This document shows positions 1 to 9,209 of a DNA stretch of 47,642 nt, piece after piece; within the stretch, counting starts at the first letter, position 1, and each line of letters opens with the position of its first letter. Made by a program: the position numbers and the translations under genes. The stretch is from assembly GCA_964555225.1 (NCBI GenBank), contig CAZKSK010000001.1, positions 1 through 47,642 on the forward strand. Reading direction: 5' to 3'. The stretch is from an uncultured Bacteroides sp. (lineage in GTDB: Bacteria > Bacteroidota > Bacteroidia > Bacteroidales > Bacteroidaceae). A model generated the notes under the pieces. It was not told where the DNA came from and did not search any database. It saw nothing but the letters and a program-made list of their open reading frames with translations.

Positions 1-318
1 CGGAACGTCATCATCTTCCAATACTATACATTTATCAACAATAGAAAAAGCCCATTTTTGTGAAATGAATTCAGATGGATCACATCCGAAGTTTTTTTCT
101 TGATATTTTCGATAAATTTCACATTCCCAATCAACCTCTTCTACAATATTTCTGCAAATTAAAATGTTTTCCATATCTTTATTATTTCTGGGACCATCTT
201 GATATAGAAATAACTTAGAAGGACGAGCGGCCTTTACTTGCTTAAATACTTGAGCAAGAGGTCCCGGACGGTTGAAAAATAGAATAAGTACCGGTACGTC
301 AATAAGATAAGGTTTCAT
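1..318 (-). CDS. Partial (3'-truncated) GT-A-fold nucleotide-diphospho-sugar transferase (family often annotated 'hemolysin activation protein/HlpA-like')
   Basis: Not in the ORF track. Manual translation from ATG at 318: MKPYLIDVPVLILFFNRPGPLAQVFKQVKAARPSKLFLYQDGPR...NFGCDPSEFISQKWAFSIVDKCIVLEDDDVP, open to the window edge. It has FNRP, DGPR and LEDD motifs and an ATGA overlap with the LicD stop. Confidence 0.8.
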   Translation of the reverse strand, partial: MKPYLIDVPVLILFFNRPGPLAQVFKQVKAARPSKLFLYQDGPRNNKDMENILICRNIVEEVDWECEIYRKYQEKNFGCDPSEFISQKWAFSIVDKCIVLEDDDVP

Positions 319-1127
319 AGTTCACAAAGTTCTGGATGAATATAAGTGGCATGAATTTTCCTTTTTTCAATAGGAGGAACATCCATATAGTTTTTATATA
401 AGTCTTTTAAATAAGCGTCCGGATCAGCAGGCGATTTGAATATTTTCCCTTCAAAAACAATGTTTGTAACCGGGAAAATAGAATCTTTTCTATGCATAAT
501 TCCATAGCCGTTATTTATTAAGATATTCGACATATAAGTACCGTTTTTATGAGTTTGTTTCAAAATATTCCAGAGGCCTTTAAATACATAATATTTGAAT
601 CCGAAATAAAAAAACTCCGAAACTGAACGGAATGAATAATAATGCTGTGAGTGCAGAATGGAATAGCTTGTAGAAATTCCTTTCCCAAGAATTTTTACCC
701 AGCGTTTCGGTAAGTTAGGGTAATCGATGAAAGGAAAAATATCGACAAAAAGTCCCTTTTGATAGTCGGTTGAAAAAACATCACTGTTTTCCACATAGAA
801 AGAATTAAGGTCTCTTACCTTAATGATAGGTTCTTTGCAGTGAGGATCGCTTTGAGGTGTCTGTAAAAATAATTGTTTTGGTAATTCGGAAGGAGCAATT
901 TGAATGAATTCTTTCAAGTCTTTTTCAGTCATAGCAATATCAATATCATCGTCCCAAGGAATAAATCCTTTATGGCGAACAGCACCTAAAAGAGAACCTC
1001 CGTCAAGCCAATAAGTAATTTTATACTTATCACAAATACGATCAATTTCTTCAAGTATAGAGAGTTGTTTTAATTGACAAGCTCTCAGATTGAGGGTAAG
1101 ATATTTACTTAAATAAGAATTATTCAT
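315..1127 (-). CDS. licD: LicD-family (fukutin-related) phosphotransferase using a CDP-alcohol donor
   Basis: YWLDGGSLLGAVRHKGFIPWDDDIDI, VDIFP and FEG...P.DPDAYL...Y.NYM..PP motifs typical of LicD. Confidence 0.9.
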   Translation of the reverse strand: MNNSYLSKYLTLNLRACQLKQLSILEEIDRICDKYKITYWLDGGSLLGAVRHKGFIPWDDDIDIAMTEKDLKEFIQIAPSELPKQLFLQTPQSDPHCKEPIIKVRDLNSFYVENSDVFSTDYQKGLFVDIFPFIDYPNLPKRWVKILGKGISTSYSILHSQHYYSFRSVSEFFYFGFKYYVFKGLWNILKQTHKNGTYMSNILINNGYGIMHRKDSIFPVTNIVFEGKIFKSPADPDAYLKDLYKNYMDVPPIEKRKIHATYIHPELCEL

Positions 1128-2493
1128 AAGTATTTTTTCTCTTTACGTCTATTACTTGTCCTGTAAAATCCGAGAGAAGTGTTTTTACAGTTGCTTCGGC
1201 TACTTTCTCAGGCATGAGAAGAGAATCGTCTGGTTCTATCCCGAAATTTTTTATTCGCATGGGAGTTTTAGTTCTTTCAGGATTAATACAGTTTATTCCG
1301 ATACCATATGTATCCCATTCCTGGGCTATGGCTTGTACAAAATTGACAATGGCTGCTTTTGTAGACGAATAAATGCTATAAAAGGCACGACCACGAGTAT
1401 AAGAACTTGAGGTAAAAAATATTAGTTTTCCATGTGTCTTTTTAATATATTCAAAAGATTCAAGGGCTACATGTACCGTTCCCATATAATTGGTATTGAC
1501 CGCATTGCAAATGGTTTCATATTCCGTGCTCAGTAACGGTTCTTTATTAAGGACTCCAGCAGTATTGATTACATAGTCTATTCTTTTTTCTTTTAGAAAG
1601 ACCTGCAAAAAAGCTTTTTTTATTTGTTCGCGGTTGGTTACGTCTATATGGTTTTGACTGCGGGAGAATGAATATACTTTACAATAATTTTTTTCTAGAA
1701 GTTGTTTAATGCAAAGTCCTATACCATAACTTCCACCGAAAATTACAGCTACTTTTCCTTTCAGTTCATTCGTTGTGAGAGAAATATTTTCTACTTGACT
1801 TTTTCGAAGTTGAAAAAATTTGTCAAGCAGATAGGTATCTTCTTTATAGGTAAGCTTCATATTACTTTCTTCTCCTGTAACGACATAAATAGGAGTCTCC
1901 GGAAGATATTTTTTTACCACTCCACAGTCATCAGTTGCTTTGAAGTTATGATCTTTTAGAGCTATGTCGTAGGCCTCGCGGATAGTTTCTATATAAAAGG
2001 CTTGAGGAGTCTGACCTCTTTTTAATTTTGAACGGTCGGGAATATTCTGAATGAAGTCACCTTCTACTTGAATAATTGTATCAGCTGAAGGAAGGGCAAC
2101 ATCTATGGCATTATATTGTAGTAAGGCATTCGTCACATCATCTATGATTCGTTGACTGACCAGAGGGCGAACTGCGTCATGGAAAATAAGGTTCACTTCT
2201 TCATTTTCATAGGAACGGATAGCTGAAAGACTAGAATCGTAGCGTTCTTTTCCTCCTTGAAGGATTTTTTTTACCTTTTGCCATCCGTTACGAAGTGTCA
2301 TATTCTCAAACTCAGAGATATAGAACGGATTTGAAACAATTGCTATTTCATCTATATTCGGATTTCTTTCAAAGACATCTATGGTGTGTTCCACCACCAT
2401 TTTTCCAGCTACTTTGAAAAATTGTTTGGGTGTGGACAGCCCTAAACGGCTACCTGTACCTCCGGCCAAAATAACCCCGATATTTTTTCTCAT
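1120..2493 (-). CDS. Bifunctional IspD/TarI-type cytidylyltransferase plus SDR reductase (Bcs1-like CDP-ribitol/alditol synthase)
   Basis: N-terminal ILAGGTGSRLG..PKQF, HDAVRP, QTPQAF, TDD and NMKLTY; C-terminal SDR with VIFGGSYGIG and YSSTK. Start moved from 2547 to ATG 2493 (MRKNIG) because a promoter lies at 2518-2548. Confidence 0.88.
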   Translation of the reverse strand: MRKNIGVILAGGTGSRLGLSTPKQFFKVAGKMVVEHTIDVFERNPNIDEIAIVSNPFYISEFENMTLRNGWQKVKKILQGGKERYDSSLSAIRSYENEEVNLIFHDAVRPLVSQRIIDDVTNALLQYNAIDVALPSADTIIQVEGDFIQNIPDRSKLKRGQTPQAFYIETIREAYDIALKDHNFKATDDCGVVKKYLPETPIYVVTGEESNMKLTYKEDTYLLDKFFQLRKSQVENISLTTNELKGKVAVIFGGSYGIGLCIKQLLEKNYCKVYSFSRSQNHIDVTNREQIKKAFLQVFLKEKRIDYVINTAGVLNKEPLLSTEYETICNAVNTNYMGTVHVALESFEYIKKTHGKLIFFTSSSYTRGRAFYSIYSSTKAAIVNFVQAIAQEWDTYGIGINCINPERTKTPMRIKNFGIEPDDSLLMPEKVAEATVKTLLSDFTGQVIDVKRKNTYE

Positions 2494-2517
2494 ATTCAAG
2501 AAGAGTTTCTTTGAAAG

Positions 2518-2548
2518 CAAAAATAAGGGTTTTATGTGAGATGGCAAA
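2518..2548 (-). promoter_or_regulatory. Bacteroidetes housekeeping promoter for the Bcs1-like/licD/GT genes
   Basis: Minus-strand TTTG (2545-2548), 19-bp spacer, TATTTTTG (2518-2525); matches the TTTG/TAnnTTTG consensus. Confidence 0.65.
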
Positions 2549-2623
2549 GATTGTAAGAGAGTTTATTCAAGAGAGGTATTTCTCTTTTTTATTAAAGATA
2601 AATGAAAAGTTATTTTTCTTTGA

Positions 2624-2655
2624 TTTGCATAATTCATCACAGCTAAGTATTTTTG
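2624..2655 (+). promoter_or_regulatory. Bacteroidetes housekeeping promoter for the fucosyltransferase-like gene
   Basis: TTTG (2624-2627), 20-bp spacer, TATTTTTG (2648-2655). Confidence 0.6.
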
Positions 2656-2679
2656 TTTATTAGAAGTAAATTGAAATTC

Positions 2680-3711
2680 ATGAATATAGAACAATATGCG
2701 GAGCTTAATAACTCATATCATAAAAAATTGATTTTTCATTTGGGTTATAATGCCGGTTTTTTTACAGAATATACTTATATGGTGAATGCCATGTTGGATT
2801 GTCTGGATAGACATATCTGTTTTAAACTTTATTCGGATGATGCTAATTTCGGAACTGGCGAGGGCTGGAGTGAATTTTTTCTTCCTTTCTGTGAAGAATC
2901 TCACGAAAAATTTCATCATTGGTTTAATTTTCATCGAATTCCCGATTGGGGCACAATACTTAGTGCTGTGCGAAAGCGCCGTTCTTACAGTTTTATTTTG
3001 TGGAAATGTAAATTCATTATTTTGGGAATCGTGGCAAAAATGTATTGTTTTTTACATTATAAAGAAAAAACATTGCTGACACAAGATGTTCATTTCGATT
3101 ATCGCAAGCACTTTTACATACCGGAATTGGGCATTGATGGCGATTATATTTTTGCATTTAGTGAATTGACTCGGATGATTTGGAGATTTAATGATTATAC
3201 TTCTTTTATATATCAACAAGCATTGAGAGATTTGTCATTGCCAGCTTCTTATTTGGGTTGCCAAATTCGGGGCGGGGATAAAATTACTGAAACAGAACTT
3301 ATTTCTAAAGAATTATATCTGAATTCTGTTTTGAAGATACCCGAATCTTGTGTTTTTATACTTACAGATGATTATCGAAATGTTGAAGCACTAAAAGCTA
3401 AAAGTGAAGATCGTGAATGGAGAACCCTTTGTCGTCCTGATGAACGTGGTTATGATCATAAGAAGTTTGTTACAATGAACAAAGATTATAAAAAACAAAA
3501 CATAGCTAAATTATTGGTTTCTGTCCAGATTTTGATGAATGCAAGTTCCTTTATAGGTAGCATAACTTGTGGTCCTAGTGTTTTTCTTTTGAAGCTTAAA
3601 TATCCGAATGGTAAAGCAATTGATTGTTTACCCGAAAATATGAAAGATGTGCTTCCGTTGGATATAAATCATCGAGGAGCCGTGGCTAGAGATTTTTTAA
3701 AGAGTTTATAA
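2680..3711 (+). CDS. Putative fucosyltransferase-like glycosyltransferase (GT23/NodZ/O-FucT-like, GT-B)
   Basis: LGCQIRGGDK resembles motif I (HxRxxD), VFILTDD motif II, and ILMNASSFIGS motif III. ATG at 2680 (MNIEQ) is preferred over TTG 2653, which overlaps the -7 box. Confidence 0.65.
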   Translation: MNIEQYAELNNSYHKKLIFHLGYNAGFFTEYTYMVNAMLDCLDRHICFKLYSDDANFGTGEGWSEFFLPFCEESHEKFHHWFNFHRIPDWGTILSAVRKRRSYSFILWKCKFIILGIVAKMYCFLHYKEKTLLTQDVHFDYRKHFYIPELGIDGDYIFAFSELTRMIWRFNDYTSFIYQQALRDLSLPASYLGCQIRGGDKITETELISKELYLNSVLKIPESCVFILTDDYRNVEALKAKSEDREWRTLCRPDERGYDHKKFVTMNKDYKKQNIAKLLVSVQILMNASSFIGSITCGPSVFLLKLKYPNGKAIDCLPENMKDVLPLDINHRGAVARDFLKSL

Positions 3712-5148
3712 TTTTCTTTTTAGAATGTAACCTATTGTGTCTTTGAATACTTGTACTTTAGCTACTATCATGATGATACTGTATATTGAAATGGCTATTA
3801 TAATTTTACAAATCACTAAAATGATTACATTATTTATAGGTAAAGTTAACCAATAAGTCAGACCGATTGTCCCGAGCCCTGCAGTGGTAAATGGAATTAT
3901 ATCCCTAAAACTTTGCCACCAGGTAAGCCCGATTTCTTTTTGTACGAAATAATGCCAAAATCCTAACCAGCATATATTTATGGAAACATATATCAATAAC
4001 ATGATAGTTAGTCCAAATTTGCAGCACGCTATCATGGTGATCACTTGTAGCAGTCCTAGCCCTATTGTATTCCACATATACACATTTGATTTCCCTTTGC
4101 TAATAAGTAGATATGAATAGAGTGAATTGATTGGGTAGAAAGCCCCCCATATACAAAGTATCTGCAAAATAGTGACGCATGGTAGCCATTTATCTGTAAT
4201 AGTAATGATTATAAGTTCTTTTGCTATTAGAGCTAGTCCTAACATGGCAGGAAAAGAAAGAAAGGCTGTGAAGCGTAGCATTTTTCTGAAAATTCTCAAT
4301 TGACGTTCTTTGTCATCCGAAACTTTAGCTAAGATAGGCTGGGATATCCCGTTGATGGTATTGTTAATAGTAGAATAACCCATCAAATGCCATTTGCTTG
4401 CTTGAGAGTAGAAACCGACTTCTGCCGTAGTATAGAAACGTCCTAACAATACAGAAAATATATTATTATTAACTACATTGAAAAGATTTGTCAATAGTAA
4501 TTTACTGCTGAAAATAAACATTCCTTTCAAAGGTGTAAAATCAATAGAAAGACTTGGTGTCCATTTCGAAAAATGCCAGTAAAGTCCATTGGTTATTGCT
4601 ACATAAAGAATACTTTGAGTAGCAATACCCCAATAAGCCATTCCATTAAATGCCATCGTAACGCCTGCAATGCCAGAGATGATTAATGCTGTCATTTGTG
4701 CAATAGCTTTCTGCTTAATAAGTAAATTTCTGTAGATAACTGCATGATGAGCAATACCTGAACTTGAGAGCAAAAATCCTAAAAAAAGAAATCTGGATAA
4801 CGGAATCAATTTCGGTTGATGATAAAAATGTGCGATTAATGGTGCACAGAAAAAAAGAATAAGGTAGAGAGTTAATCCTGTTAAGAAGCTAAACCAAAAA
4901 ACCGCATTATAATCTTTATGGGAAACTTCTTTTTTGTTGGCAAGTGCCATAGTAAAGCCGCTTTCTTGCAAAGCACTGGCCATAGCCGAAAATATAGCCA
5001 GCATTCCCACCATGCCATAATCGTTCGGAGACAGAAGGCGAGCCAGAAAGATTCCGAAGATAAGATTGAGTATTTGTTGGATTCCGTTATTAAGTCCTCC
5101 CCATATCAATCCTTTCGCGGTTTTATCTTTCAATGTCTGCGTAGTCAT
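3706..5148 (-). CDS. wzx: Wzx/WzxC-type oligosaccharide flippase
   Basis: LARLLSPNDYGMVGM, LGRFY...EVGFYSQA and many hydrophobic helices. ATG at 5148 (MTTQTLKDK). Confidence 0.9.
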   Translation of the reverse strand: MTTQTLKDKTAKGLIWGGLNNGIQQILNLIFGIFLARLLSPNDYGMVGMLAIFSAMASALQESGFTMALANKKEVSHKDYNAVFWFSFLTGLTLYLILFFCAPLIAHFYHQPKLIPLSRFLFLGFLLSSSGIAHHAVIYRNLLIKQKAIAQMTALIISGIAGVTMAFNGMAYWGIATQSILYVAITNGLYWHFSKWTPSLSIDFTPLKGMFIFSSKLLLTNLFNVVNNNIFSVLLGRFYTTAEVGFYSQASKWHLMGYSTINNTINGISQPILAKVSDDKERQLRIFRKMLRFTAFLSFPAMLGLALIAKELIIITITDKWLPCVTILQILCIWGAFYPINSLYSYLLISKGKSNVYMWNTIGLGLLQVITMIACCKFGLTIMLLIYVSINICWLGFWHYFVQKEIGLTWWQSFRDIIPFTTAGLGTIGLTYWLTLPINNVIILVICKIIIAISIYSIIMIVAKVQVFKDTIGYILKRKL

Positions 5149-5155
5149 GAACAAT

Positions 5156-5527
5156 TTACATTTGAGACATAATTTTATTTTCTTGTGTCAGTTCATCATG
5201 GATTTTTAGAGAATTCCATTCTATATTATAAGGAGTAGTTTGCGCTTTTAGATCTATTTTTCCAATTTTTTTTGTATGATATTTTTCCAAAAAGTTATCT
5301 AATTCTTTTTCTTTGAAATTATGAAAAATCATCATTTCTTCAGTAAAAGGAAATCCGGTGAAAGGAATATTTATCCTATGAGTACCTTGAATTTTCAGTA
5401 GTGCGCCTAATGATTCCAGATAATCTTCTTTTTTAATTACAATTACAGTTATATGTAAGGAGGAACAGAGTTCTAAAACTTGCTCTTCCTTCTCGTGTTT
5501 CAGATTATATAGAAGGAGTTTTTTCAT
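5156..5527 (-). CDS. DUF3783-like small protein of unknown function
   Basis: EEMMIFHNF...LDNFL and [12 protein letters not shown]....IHDELTQE pattern recalled for DUF3783. ATGA overlap with the metG stop. Confidence 0.7.
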   Translation of the reverse strand: MKKLLLYNLKHEKEEQVLELCSSLHITVIVIKKEDYLESLGALLKIQGTHRINIPFTGFPFTEEMMIFHNFKEKELDNFLEKYHTKKIGKIDLKAQTTPYNIEWNSLKIHDELTQENKIMSQM

Positions 5528-7563
5528 TTCACTTCACTTCCGGGTTTAACTTTTTTTTCAGGAATTATAACTGATAGTTTTCCATCGAAATCTTCGGCTG
5601 AGAGAATCATTCCCTCAGATACGATCCCTTTTAATTTGCGTGGAGCCAAATTTGCAACAAAACAGATTTGTTTACCAACCAAATCTTCCGGTTTGTAATG
5701 TTGAGCAATACCGCTTATAATTGTTCTGTTCTTCAATCCGTCGGCAATCTTAAATTGAAGTAATTTATCAGCTTTAGGTACTTTTTTACATTCTAAAATA
5801 GTACCTACACGGATATCCAATTTTGCGAAATCATCATATTCAATGGTTTCACGGATAGGATTTGCCTTGTAATTAGCTGCTTCATTAGCTTTTTTGGCAT
5901 TAAGTAGTTTTTGAACCTGAGCTTCAATTACACTATCTTCTATTTTTTCGAATAAAAGTTCTGGAGTTCCTAATACATGGTTTTCCGGTAAAAGATTGGT
6001 ACTTCCCAATTCTTCCCATTCCATAGTCTTCAGATTAATCATTTTACGAAGTTTGTTTGAGCTAAAAGGTAGAAAAGGTTCAAATGCAATAGCTAAATTT
6101 CCTACAAGCTGCAATGAAATATAAAGGATAGTTTTTACTCTCTCCATGTCAGTCTTGCAGAGTTTCCAAGGTTCTGTATCAGCAAGATATTTATTTCCGA
6201 TGCGTGCTAAATTCATTGCTTCTTTTTGAGCATCACGGAATTTGAAGTTGTCCAGAAGTTTTTCAACTTCTTTTTTCACATCCACAAATTCACTTAATGT
6301 TTTGTGATCGTAATCTGTTAATTCTCCGCATGTAGGTACTATCCCGTTGAAATATTTTTGAGTAAGGATTAAAGCTCTGTTGACAAAATTCCCATAAATA
6401 GCAACCAATTCATTGTTGTTACGAGCTTGGAAATCTTTCCAAGTAAAATCATTATCTTTAGTTTCGGGAGCGTTTGCTGTTAAGACATAACGAAGAACAT
6501 CTTGTTTCCCAGGGAAATCTATTAAATATTCATTTAACCAAACAGCCCAGTTCCGTGACGTAGATATTTTATCACCTTCTAAATTTAAAAATTCATTACT
6601 GGGAACGTTATCCGGTAAAATGTAACTTCCTTCGGCTTTTAACATCGCAGGAAATACAATACAGTGAAAAACAATATTGTCTTTTCCAATGAAGTGAATA
6701 AGGCGTGTTTCGGGATCTTTCCACCATTTTTCCCAAGAATCAGGGAGGAGCTCCTTCGTGTTTGATATATATCCTATAGGAGCATCAAACCATACGTAAA
6801 GGACTTTTCCTTCTGCCTCTTTCAAAGGGACGGGAATACCCCAATCTAAATCACGAGTCACGGCTCTTGGTTTTAATCCCATATCCAGCCAACTTTTGCA
6901 TTGCCCATAAACGTTTGGACGCCATTCTTTATGCTCCTCCAAAATCCATTTACGGAGCCAGCCTTCATATTTGTCTAAAGGAAGATACCAATGCTTGGTT
7001 TCCTTTAATATAGGTTTGCTTCCGCTGATTGCACTTTGAGGATTTATCAGTTCAGTCGGAGAAAGAGCTGTTCCGCATTTTTCACATTGGTCGCCATAAG
7101 CTCCTTGTGCGTGGCAATGAGGACATTCGCCAGTAATATATCTGTCAGCCAGAAATGTCTTAGCTTCTTCGTCATAATACTGCATAGACGTATTTTCAAT
7201 AAATATGCCTTTGTCGTATAATGTTTTAAAGAAATCAGATGCTACTTGTTTGTGAACTTTAGATGTTGTTCGCGAGTAAATATCAAAGGAAATTCCGAAT
7301 TCTTCAAAAGATTTTTTAATGAGGGTATGATAGCGATCTACAATATCTTGAGGTTTAACGCCTTCTTTTTTTGCTCGAATGGTAATGGGCACGCCATGTT
7401 CGTCAGAACCTCCAATAAAAAGTACATCTTCTTTTTTTAAACGAAGATAGCGCACGTATATATCGGCAGGTACATAAACTCCGGCCAAATGACCTATATG
7501 AACAGGACCGTTTGCATAAGGCAGTGCAGAAGTGACGGTAGTCCTTTTAAATTTTTTTTCCAT
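5524..7563 (-). CDS. metG: Methionine--tRNA ligase with C-terminal Trbp111/EMAP-like domain
   Basis: [23 protein letters not shown] zinc knuckle, [15 protein letters not shown], and C-terminal DIRVGTI...SEGMILSA. Confidence 0.98.
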   Translation of the reverse strand: MEKKFKRTTVTSALPYANGPVHIGHLAGVYVPADIYVRYLRLKKEDVLFIGGSDEHGVPITIRAKKEGVKPQDIVDRYHTLIKKSFEEFGISFDIYSRTTSKVHKQVASDFFKTLYDKGIFIENTSMQYYDEEAKTFLADRYITGECPHCHAQGAYGDQCEKCGTALSPTELINPQSAISGSKPILKETKHWYLPLDKYEGWLRKWILEEHKEWRPNVYGQCKSWLDMGLKPRAVTRDLDWGIPVPLKEAEGKVLYVWFDAPIGYISNTKELLPDSWEKWWKDPETRLIHFIGKDNIVFHCIVFPAMLKAEGSYILPDNVPSNEFLNLEGDKISTSRNWAVWLNEYLIDFPGKQDVLRYVLTANAPETKDNDFTWKDFQARNNNELVAIYGNFVNRALILTQKYFNGIVPTCGELTDYDHKTLSEFVDVKKEVEKLLDNFKFRDAQKEAMNLARIGNKYLADTEPWKLCKTDMERVKTILYISLQLVGNLAIAFEPFLPFSSNKLRKMINLKTMEWEELGSTNLLPENHVLGTPELLFEKIEDSVIEAQVQKLLNAKKANEAANYKANPIRETIEYDDFAKLDIRVGTILECKKVPKADKLLQFKIADGLKNRTIISGIAQHYKPEDLVGKQICFVANLAPRKLKGIVSEGMILSAEDFDGKLSVIIPEKKVKPGSEVK

Positions 7564-7605
7564 CTTATTTCGATTCCTTTCTTATCTTACGACTTTTATA
7601 ATTTG

Positions 7606-7636
7606 CAAAGATAATTGATTTTGAATCATCTACAAA
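7606..7636 (-). promoter_or_regulatory. metG promoter
   Basis: Minus-strand TTTG (7633-7636), 19-bp spacer, TATCTTTG (7606-7613). Confidence 0.7.
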
Positions 7637-7657
7637 AAATAAGCTTTGTATATATTT

Positions 7658-9196
7658 TTAACCGGCCCAGTTTTCTCTATCTAAGTTTCTGTATGTAATA
7701 GCTTCTGCTATATGATATGATAAAATATGTTTTGAATTATCTAAGTCTGCGATTGTTCTGGATACTTTTAAAATCCTGTCGTATGCTCTTGCCGATAAAC
7801 TTAATTTCTGCATGGCATTGCGTAGTAAATCAATGCTTTTTTCATCTATTTGTGCATATTGGTTTAAATGTCGTGATGACATTTGGGCATTGCAATAAAT
7901 GCCCGGAGTTTGTGCAAATCTTTGTTCCTGTATCCTACGTGCTTTAATAACTCGTTTTCTGATATCTGCGCTACTTTCTCCCTTTTCTTTTTTTGAAAGA
8001 TCTTCAAAAGAAACAGGGACAATTTCTATTTGAATGTCGATTCTATCCATTAAGGGGCCGGATACTTTATTTAGATAATGTTGAATTTGACCGGGGTTGC
8101 AAACACAAGCTTTTGTTGGATGATTGTAATATCCACAAGGACATGGATTCATAGATGCAATAAACATAAACGAAGCAGGATATTCCACTGTGTATTTTGC
8201 CCGACTGATGGTAATCTTCCGATCTTCCAACGGTTGTCTAAGTACTTCTAATGATTGCCTGTTAAATTCGGGTAGTTCATCTGCATATAAAATTCCATTA
8301 TGTGCCAAACTTATTTCTCCTGGTTGCGGATTCACTCCACCACCTACAAGTGCAATACTTGATATAGTATGATGGGGGCATCGGAAAGGACGTCGAGCTA
8401 TGAGTGAAGAATTCTTATTAAGTTTTCCGGCAACAGAATGAATTTGAGTCGTTTCAAGACTCTCTCCTAATGACAATGGAGGAAGAATAGATGGCAATCG
8501 TTTTACCATCATAGATTTTCCACTCCCGGGAGTTCCAATCATAATTAAATTATGTCCGCCTGCTGCTGCTACTTCTAATGCTCTTTTCACATTTTCTTGT
8601 CCTTTTACATCTGCAAAATCAAATTCAAAATCTTCTTGTTGATCATAGAATTCTTGTCGTGTATTTACGATTGTTTGTTCTATTATTTTTTCATTGTTGA
8701 AAAATTCAATGACTTCTTTGATATTATCGACACCGTATACTTTTAGTTTATTAACAACTGCCGCTTCACGTGCATTTTGTTTTGGTAGGATAAGTCCTTC
8801 AAAATTTTGAGAACGGGCTGTAATTGCAATAGGAAGTGCCCCCTTAATAGGTTGGAGGCTTCCGTCTAATCCTAATTCACCCATAATTACATATTGAGAA
8901 AGCTTTTCTTCTGATACCATTTTAGCGGATGCCATAATACCTATAGCGAGTGGAAGATCGTATGCAGAACCTTCTTTTCTGATATTTGCCGGTGCCATAT
9001 TTACAACTATTTGTGTTGTTGGAAATTTATATCCGTTTACTTGTAGAGCAGAAATGATTCTTTCATGGCTTTCTTTTACAGCTGAGTCAGGTAATCCGAC
9101 AAGAAAAAATTTAATGCCTCTCGAGGAATTGACCTCGATAGTAACAATAGTAGCATCTATTCCTTGTAAGGCGGCTCCATATGTCTTTACAAGCAT
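7658..9196 (-). CDS. comM: ComM/YifB Mg-chelatase-like AAA+ ATPase
   Basis: VGLPDSAVKES, KEGSAYDLPLA, Walker A GTPGSGKS, RPFRCPHHT, PGEISLAHNG, MNPCPCGY and LSARAYDRILKVSRTIADL. Confidence 0.95.
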   Translation of the reverse strand: MLVKTYGAALQGIDATIVTIEVNSSRGIKFFLVGLPDSAVKESHERIISALQVNGYKFPTTQIVVNMAPANIRKEGSAYDLPLAIGIMASAKMVSEEKLSQYVIMGELGLDGSLQPIKGALPIAITARSQNFEGLILPKQNAREAAVVNKLKVYGVDNIKEVIEFFNNEKIIEQTIVNTRQEFYDQQEDFEFDFADVKGQENVKRALEVAAAGGHNLIMIGTPGSGKSMMVKRLPSILPPLSLGESLETTQIHSVAGKLNKNSSLIARRPFRCPHHTISSIALVGGGVNPQPGEISLAHNGILYADELPEFNRQSLEVLRQPLEDRKITISRAKYTVEYPASFMFIASMNPCPCGYYNHPTKACVCNPGQIQHYLNKVSGPLMDRIDIQIEIVPVSFEDLSKKEKGESSADIRKRVIKARRIQEQRFAQTPGIYCNAQMSSRHLNQYAQIDEKSIDLLRNAMQKLSLSARAYDRILKVSRTIADLDNSKHILSYHIAEAITYRNLDRENWAG

Positions 9197-9209
9197 GAGT
9201 AGTTTATTT

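Noticed and set aside
1120-2493. MEP-pathway ispD
   Set aside because: The SDR fusion and adjacency to licD indicate CDP-alditol synthesis instead.
2494-2679. Invertible (phase-variable) promoter in the glycan locus
   Set aside because: Only short AAGAGAG/TATTCAAG direct repeats and a small hairpin were seen; no inverted repeats flank either promoter.
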